Source: Squalus acanthias (lineage: Eukaryota). Taken from it: DNA of 64,000 bases. Each line of letters starts with the position of its first letter. Positions within the stretch are counted from its first letter, which is position 1. The stretch is taken from positions 69,876,001 to 69,940,000 of the forward strand of contig CM059438.1 of assembly GCA_030390025.1 (NCBI GenBank), in the 5' to 3' direction. This document shows positions 45,885-58,149 of this stretch, one piece after another. The notes beneath the pieces were generated by a model that made no database searches, was not told where the DNA came from, and saw nothing but the letters and a program-made list of their open reading frames with translations. Both the position numbers and the translations under genes were made by a program.

Positions 45885-48860
45885 TTTTAATGGCGAAAAT
45901 AGAGATAAATGGGTTTGACCTAGTAGCCATTACTGAGACATGGTTGCAAGGTGACCAAAGTTGGGAACTAAATATTTCAGGGACTTGACTTTTAGAAAAG
46001 ATAGGCAAAATGGAAAATGAGGTGGGGTAGCCCTGATAATAAAGGATGAGATAAAGACAGTAGTGAGAAAGAATCTTAGCCCAGATAATAAGGATGTAGA
46101 ATCAGTATGGGTGGAGCTCGGAAATAACAAAGGGGAGAAAACACTGGTGGAAATAGTTTATAACAGTAATATAGTGTTCGACAGAGTATGAATCAGTAAA
46201 TTAGAGGAGCATGTAACAAGGGTAATACAATTAAACTGGGGGACTTTAATCTTCATATAGACTGGGTAAACCAAATTGGCAAAAGTAGCTTGGAGGATGA
46301 GTTCATGGAATGTATTCAAGACAGTTTTCTAGAACAATATTTTGAGGAACCAACTATTTGACAGGAACTGGCTATTTTAGATCTAGTATTGTGTAGTGAG
46401 ACAGAGTTCATTAGTAATCTTATAGTAAATGTTCCTCTGGGGAAGAGTGATCATAATATGATAGAATTTCATGTTAATTTTGAGAGTGATGTGGTTAAGT
46501 CCAAAACTAGGGTCTTAAATGTAAACAAAGGCAATTATGGAGGTATGAGAGGCGAGTTGGCTGTGGTAGATTGGGAAATTAGCTTCAAACATATGATGGT
46601 AGATAAGCAATTGCAAACATTTCAAGAAATAAATCATAATTCTCAACGAATATACATTTCATTGAAGAATAAAAAACCCACTGGAAAAGTGATACAACCG
46701 TGGCTAACTAGCAAAGTTGAGGATAGTATTAGATCAAAGGAAGAGGCTTACAATGTTGTCAAAAAGAGTAGCAAGCCTGCGGATTGGGAGGGTTTTAAAA
46801 ATCAGCAAAGGATGACCAAGAATGTGATCAAGTTGGAGAAAATAGAATATGCGAGTAAACTAGCAAGCAAAATTAAAAAAAAGATTGTAAGAGCTTTTAC
46901 AAGTATGTAAAAGGGAAGAGATCAGCAGAAGTAAATGTAGGTCCTTTAGAGGCAGAGACAGGATAAATTATAATGGGGAATACGGAAATGGCAGTGACCT
47001 CAAACAAATATTTTGTGTCTGTCTTCACTGTAGAAGACACAAAGAACATATTGGAACTTGTGGGGAACCAAGGGACTAATGAGAATGAGAAACATAAAGT
47101 AATTAATATTAGAAAAGAAAAAGTCCTGGGAAAAATGAATTTGACTAAAAGCCGACAAATCCCTTGGAACTGATGGCCTACATCCTAGGGTTGTAAAAGA
47201 GGTGGCTGCAGAGATAGTGGATGCATTGGTTTTGATCGTCCAGAATTCCCTAGATTCTAGAACGCTCCCCATGGATTGGAAGGTAGCAATTGTAACCCCA
47301 CTGTTCAAGAAAGGAGAGAGAAAGAAAACAGGGAACTATAGTTCAGTTAGCCTGACATTAGTAACATAGAAACATAGAAGATAGGAGCAGGAGTATGCCA
47401 TTCGGCCCCTCGAGCCTGCTCCGCCATTTAATGAGATCATGGCTGATCATTCAAATTCAGTACCCTGTCCCTGCTTTCTCCTCATATCCCTTTAGCCTTA
47501 AGAAATATATTTATCTCCTTCTTGAATATATTTAATGAATTGGCCTCAACTGCCTTCTGTGGTAGAGAATTCCACAGGTTCACCACTCTCTGGGTGAAGA
47601 AATTCCTCCTCATCTCAGTCCTAAATGGCTTACCCCTTATCCTTAGACTGTGACCCCTGGTTCTGGACTCCCCCGCCACCGGGAACATCCTTCCTGCATC
47701 TAGTCTGTCTAGTCCTGTTAGAATTTTATAAGTTTCAATGAGATCCCCTCTCATTCATCTAAACTCTAGCAAATACAAGCCCAATCGTCCCAGTCTCTCT
47801 TCATACATCATTCCTGCCATCCCAGGTATCAGTCTGGTGAATCTTTGCTGCACTCCCTCCATGGCAAGAACATCCTTCCTCAGATAAGGCAACCAAAACT
47901 GCACACAAATACTCAAGGTGTGGTCTCACCAAGGCCCTGTACAACTGCAGCAAGACATCCTTGCTCCTGTACTCGAATCCTCTCGCTATGAAGGCCAACA
48001 TACCATTTGCCTTCTTAACCGCCTGCTGCACCTGCATGCTTACCTTCAGCGACTGGTGCACAAGGACACCCAGATCTCATTGCACTTCCCCTTTTGCCAA
48101 TCTATTGCCGTTCAGATAATAATCTGCCTTCCTGTTTTTGTCACCAAAGCAGATAACCTCGCATTTATCCACATTATACTGCATCTGCCATGCATCTGCC
48201 CAATCACCCAACTTGTCCAAATCATACTGGAGTTTCTCTGCATCCTCCTCACAACACACATGCCCACCCAGCTTTGTGTCGTCTGTAAACTTGGAGATAT
48301 TACATCTAGTTCCCTCGTCTAGATCATTGATATATATTGTGAATAACTGGGGTCCTAGCACCGATCCCTGCGGTACCCAACTAGTCACTGCCTGCCACTC
48401 GGAAAAAGACCCGTTTATTCCAACTCTTTGCTTCCTGTCTGCCAACCAGTTCTCTATCCAAGTCAGTACCTTACCCCCAATCCCATGTGCTTTAACTTTG
48501 CACGCAAATCTCTTATGCGGGACCTTATCGAAAGCCTTCTGAAAGTCCAAATACACCACATCCACTGGTTCTACCTTATCTATTCTACCAGAGTAGCAGT
48601 GAAAATGCTAGTATCTATTATTAAGGACAGTGATAACAGGGCACTTGGAAAATCACAATACAATTAGGCAGAGTCAACATGGTTTTATGAAAGGGAAATC
48701 GTATTTGACAAAATTATTAGAGCTTTTTAAGGGTGTAACTAGTAGGGTAGATAAGGGGGAACCAGTGGATGTAGTATATTTGGATTTTCAGAAGGCATGC
48801 GATAAGGTGCCACAATGGGTTGTTGCACAAGATTAGGGCTCATGGGATTGGGGGTAATAT
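45885..48860 (+). mobile_element. Degraded CR1 ORF2 (endonuclease to RT) interrupted by an antisense CR1
   Basis: AITETWLQG, SDHNMIEF and NKYFVSVFTVEDT fragments; resumes at 48592 with QSQHGFMKGKS...DFQKA. Confidence 0.88.
47364..48591 (-). mobile_element. CR1 3' portion nested in an older CR1
   Basis: ORFs 48077-48565, 47801-48061 and 47482-47754 (RT C-half); short tandem tail; possible AGTA TSD (47360-47363, 48592-48595). Confidence 0.92.
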
Positions 48861-49380
48861 TGGATTCCTGGGGCTGAGGTGATTGGCCTTCAACAACCAC
48901 AGACATCTTCCTTCATGCCAGGTTTGATTCTAGCCACTGGAGTGTTTTTCCCCTGACTAGAGCTCCTCGGTGCTACACTTGGTTGAATGCTGCCTTGCTA
49001 TTAAGGGCAGTCACTTTCACCTCACCTCTGGAATTCAGCTCTTTTGTCCATGTTTGGACCTAGACTGTAATGAGGTCTGGAGCCAAGTGGTCCTTGTTGA
49101 ACCCAAACTAAGCCATGGTGAGCAGGTTACTGACGGGTAAGTGCCGTGTTATAGCAATGTTAATGATTCCTTCCATCACTTGGCAGTGGGAAGATAGGGC
49201 GGTAATTGGCTGGATTGGATTTGTAATGCTTTTTACGGACAAGACCTACCTGGGCAATTTTCCACATTGTTGGGCAGATGGTAGTGTTGTAGCTGTACTG
49301 GAACAGCTTGGCTAGGGGTGCAACTAGTTCTGGATCACAGGTCCTCCGCACGACAGCGAGGATGTTGTTGGGGCCATTCA
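48860..49380 (-). mobile_element. RT fragment of a CR1-group (Zenon-like) LINE
   Basis: CDPELVAPLAKLFQYSY...WKIAQV..VRKK..KSNPANYRPI. Confidence 0.7.
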
Positions 49381-50490
49381 TAGCCTGAAGCTCAGTTACT
49401 CATTCAAGCCAGGCCTCCCATTGCTATCACCAGCACCCACTGTTTGGTTTCCTTAGGCCTCTTGATAATTTTTTTCTTGTGTTTATGATACTTTTGCAAT
49501 GTTAGCAGCTCATCGTGAGATTCTCAAAGACTAATGTGAGAAGGAAGACAAAAAAAGGTGACTCGAAGAGAAACAAATGCATTATCTGGAGCAAAATTAC
49601 TTAAGGTGAATTCTTAGCCAAACGGAACTGGAAAGGGAATATGCATAATGTATTTTAGAGAATTGTTTCTTTCAGTTTTAATTATTCAGGTCACACTCCA
49701 TTTGTTTTTGCTGTAATGGCTGTGAGTTTACATGTTCTGTGTGGAAATAACGGTGAACCATTCTTAAATGTATATGCAACATTTGTGAATTTATTCAACC
49801 AATTTAAATGTTCATCAAAACTCACTGAGCAGGTCTTGCATTTTCTAGGGCATTCTTCGGTAGTAATGCCATCTTTTAGATTCATGGACAAATATGATTA
49901 TCAGTATTAGTTTGCCAATTTTCACAATTTTTCTTTTTCAATTCTTTTCCGGAGCTGCCTGTTGGTGCAGTTATATATTTTGCTTATTTCCATACAGTGA
50001 ACTGAGTCTTTTAGATGGGCGGTCAGCATTCCAGACGTTGGGGCAAATTTTAAATTAGTCCACTTATGGGAAAAACTTACAGGATCAGACCGACTGTCCA
50101 TTTTGTACCCCGTCTGATTTTACTTTCCATTAAAGTCAATAGACTTTGCTACACACTGTGGATGGAAATGCCTGATCTCATAACTGTTTTGATCTCTCAG
50201 AGCAGCAACATCAGGTACTGTTGCTGGGGTATCAGGGAAGAATAGGGCGAGCGTGAACCGAGGAGGTGGGAGAATGTGAGAAGAGGCCTGGTATAAATTG
50301 GGAGGAAGAACAGAGAAAACAAGTACCAGTGTGAACTGAGGAAGTAGGGGTGAAAACAAAGTAGAACTTGCATTTATACAGCACTTTACATGATATCAGG
50401 ACATCCCAAAGCACTTCACCGTAAATGAAATATTTTTGAATTGTAGGTACTGTTGTAATGTCGGGAAATGTGGCAGCTAATTTGCACACA

Positions 50491-53400
50491 CATAGGAATA
50501 CATAGGATATACGGCACAGAAACAGGCCATTTGGCTCAAGCAGTTCATGCCGGCATTTATACTCCACTAAAGCCTCCTTCCGTCTTTCCTCATCTAAATC
50601 TATCAACATAACCCTCTATTCCCTTCTCCCTCATATGCTTGTCTAGCCTCCCCTTAAATGCATCTATACTATTCACTTCAACCACTCCCTGTGGTAGCGA
50701 GTTCCACATTCTCACGAAGCTTTGGGTAAAGAAGTTTCTTCTGAATTCCCTATTGGATTTCTTGGTGACTATCTTATATTGATGGCCTCTAGTTATGCTC
50801 TTCCCCCACAAGTGGTAACATTCGCTGTATCAAAATTTTTCATAATTTTAAAGACCGCTATTCGGTCACCCCTCAGCCTTTTTTCAAGAGAAAAGAGATC
50901 CAGCATGTTCATCCTTTCCTGATATGTATACCCTCGCATTTCTGGTATCATCCTTGTAAATCTTCTCTGCACCCTCTCCAGTGCCTCTATATATCCTTTT
51001 AATAATTTGGCGACCAGAACTGTACGCAGTACTCCAAGTGTGGTCTAACCAAGGTTCGATACAGGTTTAGCATAACTTCCTTACTTTTGAATTCTATACC
51101 TCTAGAAATAAACCCTACTGCTTGGTTTTCTTTTTTTATGGCCTTGCTAATCTTTGTCACAACTTTGTGATTTGTGTAATTGTACTCCGAGATCCCTTTG
51201 TTCCTCTACCCCACCTAGACTCGCACCCTCCAAGTGATAAATAACTTCCCTATTCTTCCTACCAAAATGTAATACCTCACATTTATCTGTGTTGAACTTC
51301 ATTTGCCAATTATATTCCCATTCTGCAAGTTTATTAATGTCCTCCTGTAATGTGTTGCAGTCCTCCTCAGTATTGACTATCCCCCCCAATTTGGTATCAT
51401 CCACAAATTTAGAAATTGTGTGTTTTTGATTCCAAAGGCTAAATCGTTTATGTAAATTGTGAACAGCAGTGGTCCCAGCACTGATCCTTGTAGAACTCCA
51501 CTACCCACCTTCTGCTACTGTGAATAGCTACCCTTTACTCCGACTCTCTGCTTTCTGTCCTGAAGCCAGCCAGCAATCCATTCTGCTACTTGTCCCCTGA
51601 CTCCGCATTCACTGACCTTGTTCATCAGTCTATTATGGGGTACCTTATCGAAGGCCTTTTGAAAATACAGATAAATTACATCTACTGCATTACCATTGTC
51701 TACTCTCTCTGTTACCTCTTCAAAAAATTCAATAAGGTTGGTCAAGCAAGACTTTCCCTTTTGAAACCCATGCTGACTGTTCATTGTTATATTTTTGGTT
51801 TTAGATGTTCTTCTATTTTCTCCTTTAGTAGGAATTCTATTATTTTTCCTACCACTTATTAAATATGTGTAGTAATGCCTCTGCTATCTATTCCCGAGAT
51901 TTAAAAAAATGCGTGGATGCAATCCAGGGGTTTTATCCTCTGAGTTTGATTAGTTTATTTAATATATCCCCTTTTAAAATTTTATTTTAATTATAAATGC
52001 ACTTATCTCATTACTCATCTCATCATCCAATGTATTGTCCACCTGTTCTATCTCCCTGTTAAATACTGAAGCAAAATAATTATTTAATATTTCTGCCATC
52101 TCTCTTTCAATTCCTGTGGTATTATCCTGTCTATCCCTTAATGGCCCTATTCCCATCCCAACCTTCCTTTTTTTTTTGCTGATGTGCCTATAAAATATTT
52201 TATTATTTTGTTTTATGTTCCTTGATAATTGAATTTCATAGTTCCTCTTTGCCTCCCTAATTGTTTTTTTGACTTCTCTCCTAATCTTTTTGTATTCTCC
52301 CTTATCATGCACTCCCCTGCTGTCTATGTACTTAATGTATGCTTCTTTCCTTACCCTCAATTGTTCCCTTATGGGTTTATTCATCCATGGAGTCTCATTG
52401 TTGTTTCGTTTGTTCTTTTCTTTTAGTGGAATATATTGTTCCTGCACACTCTTGAACACCATTTTAAATGTTTCCCATTGCTGTTCTACATCGTTGTTTG
52501 CCAATATTGTTGCCCTTTTTTCCCCCCAAGTTCTATTCTCAGCCCCTCAAAATCAGCTTTTCTCCAATCTATTAACCTGGTTTTCATCATACTTATGTCC
52601 TTCTCAGTTACCATAGGGTCTATTTTCTGTTGAAAAAAGAAGGCTGAGGGGTGACCTAATAGAGGTCTTCAAAATTATGAAAGGTTTTGATAGAGTGGAT
52701 ACAGAGAGAATGTTTCCACTTGTGGGGAAGAGCATAACTACAGGCCATCAATATAAGATAGTCAGCAAGAAATCCAATAGGGAATTCAGAAGAAACTTCT
52801 TTACCCAAAGAGTGATGGGAATGTGGAACTAGCTACCACAGGGAGTGATTGAAGCAAATAGTATCGATCCATTTAAGGGGAGGCTAGACAAGCATATGAG
52901 GGAAAAGGGAATAGAGGGTTATGCTGATAGATTTAGATGAGGAAAGACGGGAGGAGGCTCGTGTGAAGCATAAATGCCGGCATGAACTAGTTGGGCCGAA
53001 TGGCCTGTTTCTGTGCCGTATATACTATGTAATCATCTTAAAGCGTATTATATTATGGTCGCTATTGCCGATATGTTCCCCTACTTTTACTTCTCTTATC
53101 TGCTCTGAATCATTCCCCATTACGAGACCCAATAGTGAATCCTCCTATGTTGGGCTTTTTACATATTGGGTTAGAAATGAGTCCTGTACACATTGTAGGA
53201 ACTCCATTCCCTTATCCCCTTTACATACTTCTCCTGCCCAATTAATATCGGGGTAGTTGAAATCTCCCCCTGATTATTATTCTATGTTTTTTACTCATTT
53301 CCCTAATTTGTCTGTATATTTCTTCCTCCACCTCCCTTCCACTATTAGGTGGTCTGTAGACTACGCCTATTAGTGCGATTGATCCTTTATTATCTTTTAT

Positions 53401-54832
53401 TTCCATCCATATGGATTCTATTTTTGTCTTGCTGATATCTGTGTCACTTTTTTCTACTGCCATTATGTTATCCCTAATAAGTACATCTACTCCACGTCCC
53501 CTTTCCCCCCCTCCCCATCTTTTCTAAACATGCTATACCCTGCAATGTTTAATTCCCAGTCCTGATTTTTCTAAAGCCATGTCTCAGTAATCCCTACTAT
53601 GTCTGGTTCCTCACAATGCATGATTGCCTCCATCTTCCCTGTTTTATTATGGACACTGTGTGCATTGCTGTTTAAGAGGGTGGTTGAAGTGCTGATCAAG
53701 CATCCTGAGTTTAACTCATTTTTAATAGGATTGCCTCTCACTTTATGTTTAACCATCTTTTTAGGCTCATGTTCTATAACTCTATTTATTCCCTTGCCAT
53801 CAATGTCCTCCCTTACTTTAGTCTTTCCTATGCTCTCTTTTCCTGTTTTGTTTATATTTAGGCTGGTTACATTTCTTGTAGATCCCTCCCCCCATCTTAC
53901 TAGTTTAAAGCCTTTGCCACCTCCCTATTTACCCTTTCCGCTAGGACACGGCTCCCATCCCAGTTCAGATGGAGCCCGTCCCATCGGTACAGCTCCTTCC
54001 TGTCCCAGAACTGGTGCTAGTGTCCCATGAAAAGGAACCCCTCTTTCCCACACCAGCCCTTAAGCCATGTGTTAATTCTCCAGATCTTTCTGCTTCTATG
54101 CCAATTTGCACGTGGCTCGGGCAATAATCCAGAGATTATTACCCTTGAGGTCCTGCTTTTTAATTTAGATACTAACACCTGATACTCTTTCAGCAGGACC
54201 TCCTCCCTGTTCCTACCTATGTCGTTTGTTCCAACATGGACCACGACAACTGGATTTACCCCCTCGCTTTCCACGTTCCTCTCCAGTCGCTGTGAGATAT
54301 CCCTTACCCTGGCACCGGGTAGGCAACACACCCTTCGGGATTCTTGTTCTTGACTGCAGAGGACACTATCTATCCCCCTAATTATAGAGTCCCCTATCAC
54401 TACCGCATTTCTATTCAGCTCTCCCCCCCCCCCCCTTGGACAGCCTTCTGAGCCACGGTGCCTTGGTCTGCATTGTGGCTGTCCTCCCTGCAGTCTTTCT
54501 CCTTGTCCTCACAGGTAGTGAGTACATCGTGCCTGTTGGACAGGACCAGTATCTGCGGGACTTCCTTCTCAACCTCTCCTAAATCCCCGCTGTCCGTCTC
54601 CATGGCAGTCACACCCTCCCTTTCCTGAACCTGTGCTTTCCTCTGGGATGTGACTATATTGTGGATAAAACAGTCCAGAAATTATTCCCTCTCCCTTATG
54701 TGTCGGAGTGTCTCCAACTCACACTCCAGCTCAATGACTCTGAGCCGGAGAGATTCAAGATAGAGACATCTCCTGCAGACATGTTCGCTCGGGACAGTCT
54801 CGCTGTCCACAAACTCCCACATACTGCAGTCT
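50491..54832 (-). mobile_element. Near full-length degraded CR1 (ORF1 and ORF2) inserted in a Deu-SINE
   Basis: ORF1 pieces CRDC..HVCRRC and IGDSIIRG..GTND; ORF2 pieces ITETWL, YRPP, SQHGF..DFQKAFD-like and DDTKLGG. Host SINE halves at about 50360-50490 and 54833-54995. Confidence 0.9.
52612..53035 (+). mobile_element. CR1 3' fragment nested antisense in the preceding CR1
   Basis: gaaggctgaggggtgacctaatagagg...gggccgaatggcctgtttctgtgccgta; same family as its host. Confidence 0.85.
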
Positions 54833-54935
54833 CGACAAGGTCCCCATAAACAGCAATGAGACAATGAGCATCTCTGACAATGCCGCACTCCTTTGGTATT
54901 GAACTGAACATCAAACTAATTATGTGGAGTGGGTC

Positions 54936-54966
<31 letters not shown>

Positions 54967-55630
54967 CAATCCTAACACTGGGCCAAGGCTGACAACTAAA
55001 AGAAGAATACCAGCATGTACTTGGGAAAGGACACAACAATCCTAGTGTGAACTGGAGGGCAGAGGAAGAAGACGACCTGTAACAGTCATCATATATAATT
55101 TAAAATTAACAATCAGATTTATCAGGAGAGTTCTCTGCAAGAAAGGAAGGAAAATTCCCAAAGATTTTGCAACAATCTTCAGCTATACAAGCGATGGATA
55201 TATCTGTAGATAATTACTTACAAGCATGTCTCTATTACATTTTAAGAAGAAATAAAATCTTGCATTGCTACAGCATATTTCATGACCTCAGAATGTCCCA
55301 AAGAGCTTTACAGTTAATGAAATACATTTTGAAGTCTAGCCACTGTTATATAGGAAACGCGGCAGCCAACTTGTGCACAGCAAGGTCCCACAAACAGCAA
55401 GTGATAATGACCAGATAATCTGTTTTTAGGTGTTGGTTGAGGGATGAATATTGACCAGGACACCGGGGATAACTCCCCGCTCTTCTTCGAAATAGTGCCA
55501 TGGGATCTTTTCCGTCTACCTGAGAGGGAAGACAGGTTCTCAGTTTAACGTCTCATCTGAAAGACGGCACCTCCAATAGTGCAGCACTCCCTCACTACTG
55601 CACTGGAGTGTCAGCTTGGATTTTGTGCTT

Positions 55631-56000
55631 GAGAGGAGATTTGATAGAGGTGTTCAAAATCATGAGGGGTCAAGACAGAGTAGATAGAGAGAAACTGTTC
55701 CCGTTGGCGGAAGGGTCGAGATCCAGAGGACACAGATTTAAGGTGATTGGCGAAGAACCAAAGGCGACGCGAGTGGTTAGGATCTGGAATGCACTGCCTG
55801 AAAGGGTGGTGGAGGCAGATTCAATCGTGACTTTCAAAAGGGAATTGGATAAGTACCTGAAGGAAAAAAATTTGCAGGGCTACGGGGAAAGGGCGGGGGA
55901 GTGGGACAAGCTGAAGTGCTCTTGCAGAGAGCCGGCACGGGCTCGACGGGCCGAATGGCCTCCTTCTGTGCTGTAACCATTCTATGATTCTATTCTATGA
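55631..56000 (+). mobile_element. CR1 3' fragment with ATTCTATG-type tail
   Basis: LRGDLIEVFKIM...WNALPE...GYGERAGEWD, followed by ccattctatgattctattctatga. Confidence 0.9.
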
Positions 56001-56590
56001 AAAAAATGTTCTGAGGAGCCATGACAGTAAAGCTGTCTTGACAAGATAAACCAAGACAAGAAATATTGTGATGCAGAGAGAGGGGTGGAGACTGGACATG
56101 AGAGAAGGATGCAAGATTTTTTTTAGTATCCTGTCAACGAGTGCAAAAGAGCTGTTACAAGAGAGGTTGGAGCAGTGTTGAAGTCTTGGACAGACTTGGG
56201 CCTTTGGAGAGTTGAGGACAATTTTTTTGAATTGCTCTTTATAATGAGTTAATGAAATTTCAGCAAAGTTATTGCAGTCACTGTAATACAAACTTTTCTC
56301 TCAATTTACTTTGCTCTGGATTAATTTGTCCTTGGGTCATAGCAACTTGCAGGCATTTACTTTGCCCTGACGTATTTTCACCAAAAATGTGTAAAAAAAA
56401 TAAAATTGAAGATTTCATCGACTTGTGTAAATCATACCCCCGTTATCAGTCTCATTGCTGAACTGGGAATCCATGGAAACTTAAACTTATTCATAATTCT
56501 TAACACGAACAGGGTACCATGGCAACTCAGGTAGTCAAAGTAAATGAGGAAGCACTTTGATCGGAAGAAATAAAATTGTTGTGAAATGCT

Positions 56591-56772
56591 GAGGCAGACT
56601 CAATCGTGGCTTTCAAAAGGGAATTGGATAAGTACCTGAAGGAAAAAAATGTGCTGGGCTACGGGGAGAGGGCGGGGGAGTGGGACGAGCTGAAGTGCTC
56701 TTGCAGAGAGTCAGCACGAGTTCGACGGGCCGAATGGCCTCCTTCTGTGCTGTAACCATTCTATAATTCTAA
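56591..56772 (+). mobile_element. Second CR1 3' fragment of the same family
   Basis: Closely matches 55812-55990; the tail continues at 57451-57461 after a MITE. Confidence 0.9.
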
Positions 56773-57450
56773 GGGCGCGAAATTTGGTTACGCCCCGTTT
56801 GGGGGCGGTAACCGAGTTAAGGCCGGACATTTAGCGCCCGGCGCAGAAGTTCCCCCCCGGCTGCTAAATTCAGCTTACCGCCCCGCACAGGAAGTGGAGC
56901 ACAATCTCGGGCGATCCACTTCCTGGCGGGACGTAACCGAGGCGATGTCGGGGCGTGATCGGAGCGCAGCTGCGTTTCAACGCCACCGCCCCTTCAGTTA
57001 AAGGGGAGGGTCGCTGCGCACTCTGCAGGGCCTCCGATGGCCCAAACTAGGCCAGCAGGGCGGCGTGGTGCCACGGCTGTAGCCCGGCACCGAGATGCGG
57101 CCATGGCGCACCGCGGAGGGCCGACTTGGAGCTCGGCCAAAAAAAGAAAATGGCGGTGCATGTTGCGGCTGCGCCTCCCCTTTAAATACCGCCCCACAGG
57201 CGGAGGTCGGCCCGGTTTGCGACCCGCGAGGCTGGCGCTGACATCGCTCGCGGCAGCCTCACCGGGCACAGCCGAATTTCTGCCGCGGGGCGATAAGGGG
57301 TCTCGGTGCATGGCGATGACATCGGGTAGCACCTCAGCAACGCCCCTCCGAATTTCTTGGGCGGCGCTTTTTCGCATCCCCCCTGGGCGATAAGCCCTTT
57401 GCCCCACTGTGGTGCTAACAGCAGGTGCAAAGGAGCCAAATTTCTAGCCC
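56773..57450. mobile_element. GC/CpG-rich Harbinger-like MITE
   Basis: TIRs gggcgcgaaatttgg / ccaaatttctagccc; flanks TAA / TAT. Confidence 0.8.
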
Positions 57451-57461
57451 TATGATTCTAA

Positions 57462-58149
57462 GGGGGAAAAATGGGTTACTTTGCGCCTCCCGTTAGTGCC
57501 CTGAGGGGGCGCAAAGCACCTAGCGCCCGGGTGCTGCGCCGCTAACGCCTCCCGCGAAAGTTAGCGGCGGCAGTAGCCAGTAGCGCCCTGTGGCGCTGCG
57601 CCTCCGGCGATGACGACATCGCCATGCGCAGCGACCAGCTCGCGCCCCCGCCGCAAACTTCGCTCGCGCCCCCTGACCTACCGCCGCACGCTATGTCTGA
57701 CAAGGTTGGGGTGCCATGTTTGCGGCCGGGGCGGTGCAAATTAAAGGGCAGGTGCCGGGCGACCATTTTTTTTGGGACTGCCTGCCAGCACCTGCCTTCT
57801 TTCGCCTCCTCCTGCGGGGTGCCGGCCGCGATCGGTCAGCCCAGCACTCTTCCTTAAGTGCTGGGCTGTTTTCCCAGCACCCCGCTCCCCGGAGGTCCAG
57901 CAGGGCGAGGCCCCTCCCCTTTAATCAGGGGAGGGAGGCCTGCAGTATGCGCTGACGTGTGTGGCGCTGCTGCATGTAGCGCTGTGATATTGAATGGGAG
58001 AGCCCCAAGAGGGAGGGGGAGTGTTTCCAGTAGAGCCCCGCCTCCTGCTTGGGGTGCTGCCATTCAATTTCGGGCACAGGGGCGCTAACCTTTTCGGGGC
58101 GCTAAAAGTAGTTAGTGCCCCAAAGTGGGTGCGACCCAATTTTTCCTCG
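57462..58149. mobile_element. GC/CpG-rich Harbinger-like MITE
   Basis: TIRs gggggaaaaatgggt / acccaatttttcctcg; TSD TAA (57459-57461, 58150-58152). Confidence 0.8.
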
